Assembly (NCBI GenBank): GCA_050084515.1 | Contig: CM114271.1 | Location: 44,888,001-44,952,000 of the forward strand | Origin: Blasia pusilla | Taxonomy: Eukaryota | Length of the DNA stretch: 64,000 nucleotides | Direction of reading: 5' to 3' | Part shown: piece by piece, positions 53,425 through 64,000 of the stretch | Position numbering within the stretch: position 1 is the first letter of the stretch | How the letters are laid out: each line of letters opens with the position of its first letter | Translations under genes and position numbers: made by a program | Notes under the pieces: generated by a model | Databases searched by the model: none | The model's input: the letters and a program-made list of their open reading frames with translations, nothing else | What the model was told of the DNA's origin: nothing

Positions 53425-54455
53425 TGTCGCGACCCTCATAACCAAACAACACCAAATAGGCGCCAAGTGAAACATCAGTACTCAAAGGAACTCACGCTGC
53501 AAGGTTTGCGCTTTGGAGAGGCGTTTGGAAAAGTCTCTTGGAAAAGTCTAAGAGATGAAATGCGGAACAGAGTTGTGCATTTCATGCGTTAGTGGTCGCA
53601 ACCAGGAAACCTAGTCCAAACGCGAGCCAAGACTTGAGATGAGTTGAGTCTTGGGAGGTTGGTTGCCAAAGAGGTGAGAACCAGTTTGGAACACGACTAG
53701 CGTTTGGGAGAATCTGACTGTGTTTAGGACCATAACATTGAGCTCCAAGATGCATTTGGGAAAAGTAAGGCTGCTTTGGAAAGCTGATCTTGAGACGCTT
53801 TTGACGCACCAAAGATCTTAGCAAACGCATAAGTACAAGCTGAGATATTGGCCAAAAATGATTGAGAGAGCAATCGGGTTGAGGGCCAATTGGAGAGGCC
53901 CGGGTGTCTTTCCCCAAATGTAGGGGGCCCCCGGAGATCCCCAGAAGTACTATTAAGGGAGGACTCTCTCCGAGATGTCTCGGGAAATGAATCCCCACTT
54001 TGGATGCCAAACGGCGTTTCAGAGGCACGGGATGGAACGGGAGTTTGGCGTTGGAACTCGAAACCCAAACCTAATCCAAGGGAGTGGACTTTGTATGCCA
54101 CACTTGGATTCCAACCCGAGATTCACTTCATGCAAGTCTTGGTGAGGAGCTCATTGGATGTCCATTGGACAGTTGGAACCGCTAGGCGCGAAACGCTGTT
54201 TCAAGTTCCTGAACCGACCAGAAAGTCTGTCCCAAGTCTTTCGAGATTTTCCCGTGTTGTAAACCGCGAAACTAGGAAGGTTGAGCTTGATGAGAGTCCG
54301 AGATGAGAACTCGGAAAGTAATCCCGCTGATTGATCCAAGACCCGACTAACCAAAGTGCGTGTTTGGATGCAGATCAGCGTTGAGAGCGTGACCTACTGA
54401 ACGCACGCTTCCGCAACAAACAAGATTAACGTTCAAGGAGAGTAGGCGCACGACA
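53425..54455 (+). mobile_element. Solo LTR (1031 bp) nested in the gag-pol junction, TSD TTCCA
   Basis: ttcca|TGTCGCG...GCACGACA|ttcca, with TG...CA termini and a short terminal inverted repeat. Confidence 0.9.
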
Positions 54456-55059
54456 TTCCACCTCTTATGGAGGGGATGATCTCTCTTATATGGCGAGTGC
54501 AGAACAGGTTGAGGCATCGTCTCTAGTTATGAGAGGAGCCACTCGAGCGTCAGAGCCACGTGGTGCTACTGTGGAGTTGGACCCACATAGGGGTGAGGCT
54601 GGGAGGCAGGCTAGGCTTCCCCAGTCATTCTTGTTCTCAGAGGTGCTTAGGACTCCATCCATGGTTCCTACGCAGCCTATTGAGCCGATATTGGGGATTG
54701 AGGCATCTACATCACGTGTAGTAGACACGGATCGACATCGATCGATGTGCGGATGGCAACCGGTGTTGGGATCCCCATTGTTTTCGACCACGGAGTGATG
54801 GCTTTAGGAGTTGACTTAGCTCTTGTATTTCAGCTAGCAACCACGTTGTGTGAACGTGGGTGTTATTCTTGCTACACGTGTTGAGGTGGATGAGGGTGTT
54901 GCGGTGGAGCGACCCTCTATGTTAAGTGTAGCATTGAGTACCGGTGCTACTTGGCAAAGAAAGCGGCGAAGATGGATGCATTACCGGCCGGCCAGCCATT
55001 GATCGTGAGAGGCTTACACGGGTGTATGTATGTTGGACAACCGGAGTGGGATATTCGAT

Positions 55060-55420
55060 TGGTGAGTCCTACAGACATGTGTATAGACAAGGTAGAGTCT
55101 TGTTAGACTCGGTGCCCAACCTTTGATGTTGGGAAAGCGGCATGTATTGGTTTGGGTATTCGGAGGTCGAGCTTGAGCCTTGCCCATTCCACATTCAAAC
55201 ATCACTTGGAGGAGCCAATGATAGGTCTCAATTCATGACACGGGAGAAGTTTTCTCTGATTGAGACCAGATCATGCGATCGATAGGTCCCGGTTGGGAGT
55301 ATCTGCGGTAGTCACATCGGCCGAGTCGTATGATGTACTAGTTGGAGGAGCGATGATTGTACCCGATGGGTTTTCAGATGGATTCTTGGTCGAGACAAAG
55401 ATCTTATAGACCTGGTTGGC
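55060..55420 (+). pseudogene. Aspartic protease of the gypsy element (frameshifted)
   Basis: gtcttgttagactcggtgcccaacctttgatgttggga reads VLLDS(G)AQPLMLG once a 1-nt deletion is restored. Downstream YDVLVGG flap-like motif. Confidence 0.7.
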
Positions 55421-55827
55421 AGTCCGGGGATGGACGTATGAGCCAAGTTCCTGTGAGATTTATTTATGGGGCTCGACCAGGAGGGTCTTCCCCAACAGTG
55501 TTAGCATCTGTGGCTGGTTTTAGTGGAGTAGTCACTTGGCCAGGAGACTTTTTGGAGGCTAATGTTTCTGCTATGGATTCTCCTGTGCATGAGGAGGTAG
55601 AGGAGGTCCCTATTTTTGCAGCAGTGGCATCCTCATCGTTGGATGTGCCACTTTGGAGTTCAGGCGGTGTACTATGGCAGGAGGCTGATCGCCTAGTGCA
55701 GGAGGCTTGGTGTGAGGTTGTTATACCTCAAGAGATAGAGGAGGCCCTACAAAGGACTCCTACTTCAGGTCTAGTTGGGTTATCCCCTTTGGATACTACA
55801 CCCATTGTATGGCAATATCCGCCGGAG

Positions 55828-56540
55828 GGCATTTGTGTGTTAGATCTCTTTGGTGGGATTAGCACTGGTTTGGCTGCAGTGTTGCATGCTGGTATTCCTG
55901 TGCGGAGATACGTATATGTGGAGCGAGATGAGACGGCCCAGAGAGTCTCATCCCGACATATTGGTCAGTTGATACGGAGATATCGTGAGTTGTTGCCGCC
56001 ATCAACTATTCGTGGGTACCAGCGTGCTTTGCCGTCACACATTGCATTGTTGGGGGTGCATGACCTTGAGAGGGTTGGTCGTGTGGATTTGGTGATCGCT
56101 GGATGGCCATGTCAGGGTCATACACGTGTTGGTCGTGGTAAGGGATTACACAACGCTAGGTCTCGATTGTTTTGGGAGATGTTACAGGTGTTACAACATC
56201 TTCAGGTTCATCAAGCACGTGCTCTAGCTTACATTCTGGAGAATGCTCCATTGTTGGGTGACCCTCGGACCCGGATGATGGAGAGTGTTCATGAGGTGCG
56301 GTCTTGGATTGGACCAGCGGTGTTGTTGGATGCAGCGCGAGTTGACTCGCGTGCACATCGTCCACGCTTGTGGTGGACAAACTTGTTGCCTAAGCATATG
56401 ATGCAATGTAGCGGGATCCTTGCCTTACAGTGGATAGTATCTTGGATACTAGGCGACTTTCTCAGGTGGTGAGGGTTATTGATCGGTCACCCATGGCAGT
56501 GGTGAACCGTGTGGGCCAGCCTAGGATGGCACTACCCAAT
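55828..56540 (+). pseudogene. DNMT3-like C5 cytosine DNA methyltransferase domain within pol
   Basis: Motif I VLDLFGGI (55843), II YVYVERD, IV DLVIAGWPCQG (catalytic PC within 56101-56115), V RSRLFWE, VI YILENA (56239) and VIII DAA...AHRPRLWWTNL (56358). Motifs IX-X are not found and are apparently deleted. Confidence 0.9.
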
Positions 56541-56752
56541 GTAAATGGGATGTAATGGCTGGGCATGTGGAGTTGGTTGCTCATGCTGGTGGAGGAGTTA
56601 TTTGCTCACATGATGGTATAGCTAAGGGTGTACCATCTTGTGAGGGGGTTGCGTAGTAGCCAATGGCATCGTCCTCTCCCTCTAGTGTGCCATTGGAGGA
56701 GACTTGGGAGCCATTACTTGGGCCCAAGCTTACGGGAGGTGAGAAATGACGT

Positions 56753-58135
56753 TTGACACAGTTCCTATGTGCTTATAGGAGTTGTTTTGCCTTTAGCATG
56801 AAGGAGTTGGATGCTCTGGTTGGACCCGGTATACGGATTGATTTGGCTAGTGATACGCCAATCTTTCGTCGTCCCTACCGATATAGTGATATGGAGAGGG
56901 ACCTGATTCAGAGTAGGACGTTGGACCTTTTGGAGGCTGGATTAGTGGAGTTCTCGCATGGAGAGTATGCATCAGCCACTGTCATGCCTGCTAAAAAGGA
57001 TATGCATGGCAACTACACGGATAGGCGAATGTGTGGAGATTACCGTCCTATCAATCGGCAGACTAAGGCCGATAGGTATGCCATGCCTACACCTGAGGAG
57101 ATCTTTGATGTGGTGGGACAGGCAAAGATTTTTAGTACTTTGGATCTTCGGGCAAGATACCATCAATTGCCGATTCGGGAGAGTGACAAGGCCAAGACAA
57201 CATTTTGGGGTGTCAACTCTCATGGCAAGGATTGTTTGTACCAGTGGAAATTCTTACCCTTTGGGTTGAAGAATGCACCTGCCGAGTTTCAGAGAGTGAT
57301 GGACGGAATCCTAGCAGGGTTGGATTTTGTTCGGTGTTACATTGATGATATCTTCGTGTTCAGTAACACGGTGGAGGAGCATCATATACATTTGCAGATT
57401 GTGTTTGAGCGGTTGAAAGCTCATGGTCTACGTTTGCATCCAGGAAAGTGTAAGTTCTTCCATGAGGATGTTGAGTACTTGGGTCATGTGATCTATCCAT
57501 ATGGTTTGGGAGTTCAGCAAGCAAAGTTGGAGGCTATTGCACTTATTCCGCGTCCGATAGATGTGAGTAGAGTTTGAGCATTCATGGGATTGGCGAACTA
57601 CTATCGGAAGTATGTGAAGGGATTTAGTACTATGACAAAGCCTTTGAACCAATTGCTGAAATCAGATCAAGAGTGGCATTGGGGAGATGATCAAGAGAGA
57701 GCTTTTGTGGAGCTTAAGGCCCAATTGGTGGCGGCGCCTATCTTGAGGAGACTTATCAGAGGGTGCCCATTTCAGTTACACCCTGATTGGAGTAGGTTGG
57801 GACTTGGAGCGGTGTTGACACAACATGATGATGAGCACATGGAGTTTGTGGTGGCCTATGCAAGTCGTGCGAATAATGCAGCGGAGTCACGCTATAGTTC
57901 ATATGAGGGAGAGTGCTTGGCAGTAGTGTGGGCTGTGGCACACTTTAGGTGTTACTTGTTTGGCACGATTTACCCTTGTTCTCGATCACCAACCGCTCAA
58001 GTGGTTGATGGAGTCTGACAAGCTTACAGGGAAGCTTGCACGGTGGGCTCTTATCTTACAGGAGTATGACTTCCAGGTGGTACATAGACCTGGAGTTGCC
58101 AACCTTGATGCTGATGGGTTGAGTAGGAACCCATG
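56753..58135 (+). pseudogene. Ty3/gypsy reverse transcriptase and RNase H
   Basis: RMCGDYRPINRQT, FSTLDL..YHQ, LPFGLKNAPAEFQR, YIDDI, KCKF...VEYLGH, GLANYYRKYV, LHPDWSRLGLGAVL, YSSYEGECLAVVWAV, DHQPL and NLDADGLSR. Contains stops and a frameshift. Confidence 0.95.
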
Positions 58136-58499
58136 TACTAGCCAAGAGGATACAAGTGGGGCTAGATGGCATGGCGAGGTTGATGAGGAGATGGTGCTAG
58201 GTTGGCATGCATCCGCCTTTTTATGTTGGTTAGGGGTGGACTCTAGTATGGAGGACCACATGATATCTTACTCTTGTCAGAGGGTTGATGGCCAGCCTTC
58301 AGATCCTAAGGTTGGAGAAGGTGGTACGGATCAGCGTGATATTCATGATGATGCGTTGGTGTTGGAGTTCCTACGGACCACTAGGGTGCCAGGCATAGTG
58401 AGTGCCAAGGAGCGAGACCTTGTTCTTCAACGTGCTAAGAGGTATCCATTGGAGAGAACACATATTCTCCGAGTGTGGGAGGATGGTAGAGTACGAGAA

Positions 58500-59480
58500 G
58501 TGCCGCATTTGGCTGAGAGATAGCGCATTGTGCGACACGCCCATGAGGAGTTGGGACATTTTGGGGTAAAGCGTACGTATAGCTTACTCCTTGGTCAATA
58601 TTGGTGGCGTGGCATGCATACTCAGCTGCAGCTGTTGGTGTCATGTTGTATGGTTTGTGACCGGGTGAGGGCATCATTCAATGCCCCTACACCACAGTTA
58701 CACCCCTTGCCTATTATGGGGTTGGGTTACCGTTGGAGTGTGGACTTTGTGGGACCGTTATCGTTGAGTGTATGACATCATCGATATGTGTTGGTGATGG
58801 TGGAGCACTTCTCCAAGTGGATTGAGTTGGTGGCATTACCTGACAAGGCAAGTGAGGGAACGGCGTATGCGTTTCTTGATAGAGTGCTTAGTCATTTTTG
58901 TGCACTAGCTGAAGTGCTGACCGACCAGGGTACAGAGTTTCACGGTGAGTTTCAAGTCTTGTGTGACAAGGCGTTGATTGATCATCGGACCACGTCTTGA
59001 GATCATCTAGAGGCGGATGGTTTGGCTGAGCGTGTGGTTCAGACGGTGAAGAGGGCATTGCGCAAGTATGGCCTACAGAAGGGGCATCTTGGAGATTGGG
59101 ATATTCAGTTGTCATGGTTAGCCATGGGGTATAGGTTCAGTCGCCAAGCATCCTTGGCTTCCTTCTCATCTTATTTTCTGTTATATGGCTGAGATCCAAA
59201 CAAGCCAGCAGTTATTCGTCGGGAGTCTAGTGAGGTGGTGAACCTTGATGACCGAGAGATGTGGATGAGAGTGTGTTCTCAGCGGGCAGAGCTCTTTCGG
59301 AGAGTTATGCCAACAGCCTTTGAGAATCTTGCCGTTGCTCAACACATGGATACGTTGCGGTATGCAACCATTCGGGATGGAGGTTATCGACCATCGATTC
59401 GTAGGTTCCATGTGGGGGACTATGTCTATTTGCAGCAGATTGCACCGACAACGTTGGACGTGACGGCAGCCGCGACCGCT
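58500..59480 (+). pseudogene. Integrase (HHCC and DDE core, GPY/F-like region)
   Basis: HEELGHFG...CMVC, RWSVDFVGPL, VLTDQGTEF, DGLAERVVQT and FHVGDYVYL. Several stop codons. Confidence 0.93.
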
Positions 59481-59639
59481 TTTTTCGAGTCGCGAGGTGT
59501 TAGCTTCGGAGTTCTCATGTTGGAGGGTCGTGATGGAGTTGTTTGGAAGGACCATGTGCGTAATTGTGCGCCATGTCATCTTCCAAATGTGGATGGTACT
59601 GTTGACCCAAGCTTAGCCATGATACATGCTAGCTTGAGG

Positions 59640-59780
59640 TGCATGTTGTGTGGGTCTGCTGGTAACGCAACCCGTATGGTGGTGTGTGATCGGTGTTCTA
59701 GGGGTTGGCACATGATGTGTTTGACTCCACGTATGGATGTTGTTCCTACTAGAAGGTGGGTTTGTCCTCGATGTACTTAG
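59640..59780 (+). CDS. PHD finger at the integrase C-terminus (part of pseudogenised pol)
   Basis: CMLC-x8-VVCDRC-x3-WHMMC-x11-WVCPRC, a canonical C4HC3 pattern with the conserved Trp. Confidence 0.9.
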   Translation, partial: CMLCGSAGNATRMVVCDRCSRGWHMMCLTPRMDVVPTRRWVCPRCT

Positions 59781-59953
59781 AGAGGTAGATGACTTGATCT
59801 TTGCATGATATGGATTACATATGTGCAACTAACGATGGGGCAACCTAGCACCCGACCTTCTGATTCGTACACCCACGAAGGTGTATAGCATGTAGTAGAT
59901 GTATAAGGCTACCTGGGAGTTAGAGGGACCTAACCGCCAGTTAGGGGGGGCGA

Positions 59954-60523
59954 GTTGTGGTACACTTGTGTTTGTGGATGCTCTCGTCTATGTTATGTAT
60001 GTATGTGAGTATGGTATGTCAGCGATGTATGTTGTATGACGATGTGGATTCGCACGACAACTGTCATGACCATACGGATTATGTCGTAGAGTACAGTATG
60101 CTAGTAGAGGCCATACCTTATGTAGGGCCGCAGTGTCTAGGTAGAAATGCAATTTCATACATAGGGTTGGGGGTTACTCAGTTGAGGGTGACTTTTCCAA
60201 TAGGGCCCGCTCTTAGGTTGGAGGATATAAGGTGGAGTGCACTCAAAGAACAGTTAGTTCTTTGAGTTGAGCCTGTTGCGTTGGGAGTTAGCCTGGTAGT
60301 GAGTAGAGCTCTTGGCTATGGTAGTTTCCGCAAGCTTCTCCCATCGTGGAGTGGGTTTGGCTCGATTGTATGTGATTCTATACGTGTTTTATGACAGTAG
60401 ATCTTTCACGGATTTCAGTTGTGATACACTTGTGTTTGTAGATGCTCTCGTGTATGTTATGCATGTAAGTGAGTATGGTATGTCAACAATGTATGTTGTA
60501 TGACGATGTGGATTCGCACGACA
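59954..60523 (+). repeat. 3' terminal repeat block B1-A2-B2
   Basis: B1 59954-60059 and B2 60418-60523 (106 bp each, gttgtg(g/a)tacac...ttcgcacgaca) flank A2 60062-60417. Confidence 0.9.
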
Positions 60524-62012
60524 AATATTGAAGAGAGGCTCTAGAAAAAAATAGAAGAAACTTATGGGAAAAATTTTTAACCTATAGTGTATTATGAAGG
60601 ATTACCTCGTATACAACTGGAAAAATATGAATGTGAATATAGATAGTAAAAGAAAAATCAAAATATGTGTAAAGTGCATTATTCTGATTGTTTTTTATAC
60701 CTAGTTTGCAGTAGTTTAATAGTTAATATGAGTTTTTGTTTATGATCTTCATTGGTAAAGAGAGGACATTTATTAGTTGTGATGGGTGGATTAACTTTAG
60801 TGAAGGATAATTGCATATTTGACTTTGTGAACGTGCCCAATCACCATGCATTTTTGGTGCCTCTCTAAATACCTAAGTAATCTAAATAATGGAGTAAGCA
60901 ATAATTTTACATATAGAGAGGGAGTATTAGGAAGTCATCCAATTTTTTGCATATTCGCAATAGAATTTTAACTACCCAAGTTATATGGTGTAGTTATTTT
61001 AAGAGGCACTTATGTTTGTTAGGTGACTCAAGCAAGAGTGGTCCCTTGTAATCCATGTTGTCATTCATGAACTTTGAATTTTTAAACTTGTTGGATGGGT
61101 TAACGCTATGGCCAATAACATCATGAGTGTATTTTTATGGCTCAAATGGATTTCTAGAACCATGTAAAAAGTGGTTCCACCATCCCAAGAAATCTTCATG
61201 CACGTCACCAAGTGTTCTGCTTCTCTTTCAAGATAATCTTAGAAGCATAGAAATCAAAAGACGTATGATGACCTGCAATTCTTGGTCTTGCTAGGGATGC
61301 ATGTTTGCTATGAAACACATGTAGTAGGTTTTTTTTCCTTTGAATGTCTCCAATCTTTTTCATTAAATTTTAATGCCTCAAATACATTGATTTCCTTCTT
61401 AATACATACAAAGGATATGTAAATTTAAGGTTAAACAATATGATCCAAAAATGGAGAAATAAAAAGTAACCTATAGTGACATAATGATAATTCTGATAAA
61501 CGAATTTCACTAAAAGTTGAAGAATGTCATTTTTGTACAAGAAATCCATGCCAATCCTTGATGAGCCATTAGCATCTTGTCTTTTCTTATCATCATTACA
61601 AGTTAGAAGTGCCTTGCACCCAATAGAAATGTAGTGGTTCAAATCATTCATTGAACTCAATATTCGACAATGCGCTAGAGTAAAATTGAAGAGAAGAATA
61701 TTTTCCCGATAAAGATACAATGTTAAGAAAATTTACATCAATAAAATGAGAATAAATAATTTGTATATTTTTATCAATAAATTATGTTGTTTCATTTTCA
61801 ATAATGATTCATGGACTTTGAATCAAATACTTTTTGAGTCCAATTGGTTGTCATTTAGATGAAAAAGACTAGAGGAATTGCAATTAATTTTAATGATGCA
61901 TGGCCAAAGATAGAAACATATTTCTTTGTATTGTTGTAGACTGGGGAAGAGGATCTATGGCACACTCGGCATAAAGGTATAGTAATCTATTACTATAAAA
62001 CTCTTATGAGGA

Positions 62013-62529
62013 TACAAAACTACTTACTCTCATATGAAATACAAGGTCGAGGTAGTCTACACTGAAAAATAATCTAGTTGAAAAACTTACAAGATTGTTA
62101 GGTTTTTGAAACAAAGTTTCTCATGGGGTAGATTCCAAAAAAATATTTTAATCATGGATATTGTGTTGTTTTATCCGAGGTTTGTAGTATTTCCACTTAA
62201 CAATAGTCGAGTCAAGACTACATTGCATTCCATGTTTATAAGTGTTGGAAAATCCAGTAGACCGTAGGATGCATGCATTGAGTTCTTCAAACTATACATA
62301 CACCTTGCCTGCATGTGTGTAGTTGTTTCAACACAAAATATCTATATAACTTATGGTGAATATTATTTGAGGAGGGTGCATATGTTTGAGAAGGTTTTGT
62401 TTGCACAATGAGAACAAATTTTGGAGGTGGTCTTTTCAATAGCATTGCTATCAACTCATGATATTAAGATTATTTTTTAGTGTAGACTACCTCAACCTTG
62501 TATTTCATATGAGAGTAAGTAGTTTTGTA
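62013..62529. mobile_element. MITE-like/foldback element with ~63-bp terminal inverted repeats
   Basis: tacaaaactacttactctcatatgaaatacaaggtcgaggtagtctacactgaaaaataatct (62013-62075) is the near-perfect reverse complement of 62467-62529. No clear TSD. Confidence 0.7.
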
Positions 62530-64000
62530 GCGTCCCAAGAAATTTTGGGCCAGCAGGGATATAGCTATTTGGAAAGCTTGTAAGCATTTTTTGGAAACAC
62601 ATGTCACATTCAATTGGTGCATCCCCTAATTGAACCATATGTGTATCTTTATCCCCTAAAAAACGATTTTTAGTAGTCACTCGTGTATATAAACTCTGTG
62701 GTTGCATGTATTTTGGCCGAAAAATACATAAAGTTTTTTTTGATTTTTCATACTTCTATTAAAAAAAATTTAAATACTTACTTCATAAATATTACAAGCC
62801 CCCCTTATACTCACTACGCACGCTTGCCATAAAAAAGTTATCCCTTGATGCCAATTCTACCTTTAGCCCCTTCTGAAAAACAATGAATTGATTTGTTGGG
62901 CCGATCCATCCAATAGTGGGGGGGACCAAATTGAGATATATGTTGGTAGCAACATACAACTTGACTTTTGATTGGTAGAAGCAACACCAATAGAGTGCTT
63001 ATATCTTCAAGGGGTTTTCCATGGGCTATATGGCTTGCATTAATGCTTCTTGGTTTCCATTCATATCTTCCCCATCCATCTATATATACTACTAGCATAA
63101 CGCTTGTGCTATGCACGGGCGAAGGTTTCTTGACTTGTTAATTTAGTTATCTCCTTAATTTGATAATGTCAACACCAAAAGAGATTTGAGGGAATAGTTG
63201 TTATCATCGAAGGAGGGTTTTCTCTAATTCCATCCTATTTTAATTATATAGATTTAACAACGCTTGTTTTTTTTCTTTGCAATCAAATCTCTTATTGACA
63301 TATAGCAAGAATTTTTTAGGAATACGAGGAATCAAAATTTTTTGGGGGACTTTTTGGACAACTTGAATATTATTGGTCCAATTAATTATGCATGATGTAC
63401 ACTAGTTTGATATATAAGCATGTTTTAATCAAATGAATGGTGTTGTAGTTTTTAACATGGGACCCCATAACTTGGGATCGCATATGTTTCACTTTAAGTA
63501 AGGGATTTTACTTGATTGGACTGGATGTATTTCTATATTTGGGAAGATTAATAGTAATTTATTCATACTTCTATGGTAACAAAAGAAATTTTTCATATAG
63601 AAATTGAAAAATGCAAAATTGCATGATAAAAGTTAATTAAAGAGGGAAGTTTAAATTTTTGGGAAAATGGACCACAAATTATACAAATAGAGAAAAAGAA
63701 GTCCCAAATAAACTTGGGAGATGAAGGTCAAATAAGGAAATTCCCAAAAAATAAATAAATGAAGATCCCAAAACCTTATACAACACTTTAATACATACTA
63801 GTGTATAGTTTGTGCCATGCATGGGAGTGAAGGACTAACCATGATGTACACAAATTCAAAGTTTTTTGTTTGTTGCCCATAGTATAGGAAACATTTTCTT
63901 GTTGCCCAAGTGTCACATGTCAATCAGACAGGTGTTTTCAAATCAAGAAGGCACCCTCCAATAATAATCTAGATTTTAGGACACTTAATAGCCCTAATGG

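Larger units (their letters stand above)
50066..60523 (+). mobile_element. Ty3/gypsy retrotransposon (degenerate) carrying a C5 DNA methyltransferase and a PHD finger
   Basis: TG...CA termini (TGTCATG...CACGACA) flanked by AATA on both sides. Domain order gag-PR-DNMT-RT-RNaseH-INT-PHD. PPT ttaggggggg at 59941. Confidence 0.9.

Noticed and set aside
53582-54306. ORFs of 125-148 aa on both strands
   Set aside because: They lie wholly inside a TSD-flanked solo LTR and are probably incidental.
55357-56472. DNMT as a host gene or a bacterial restriction-modification contaminant
   Set aside because: It is intronless, colinear with pol between protease and RT, inside the element's terminal repeats, and has a DNMT3-type motif VIII. 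No restriction enzyme is nearby.
59954-60523. B-A-B block as a CRISPR-like repeat-spacer unit
   Set aside because: Only two 106-bp repeats, the 'spacer' is the element's own 5' repeat, the context is eukaryotic and there are no cas genes.
60600-64000. Additional transposase or helicase genes in the AT-rich tail
   Set aside because: Only short ORFs without diagnostic motifs; likely old TE debris that I cannot classify.

Overview
Eukaryotic, intron-rich plant DNA; a non-seed land plant such as a bryophyte is my inference from gene content and TE families. The first 27 kb is gene space: the 3' part of a DUO3/GON4-like Myb-homeodomain gene (+), a candidate 79-aa four-exon gene (+), and a 14-exon mitochondrial 2-oxoglutarate dehydrogenase E2 gene (+) whose intron 12 holds stacked LINE 3' ends. 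The rest is mostly transposon debris: a nested PIF/Harbinger element with TIRs and TAA TSDs, hAT and CRE-type non-LTR relics, a U6 snRNA pseudogene, Helitron-like termini and two related solo LTRs with 5-bp TSDs. The standout is a degenerate ~10.5-kb Ty3/gypsy retrotransposon (50066-60523). Its pol encodes a DNMT3-like C5 cytosine methyltransferase between protease and RT and a PHD finger after integrase. It is bounded by split direct repeats (A1...B1-A2-B2) rather than a normal LTR pair. All calls are from reading the sequence by eye; no searches were run.
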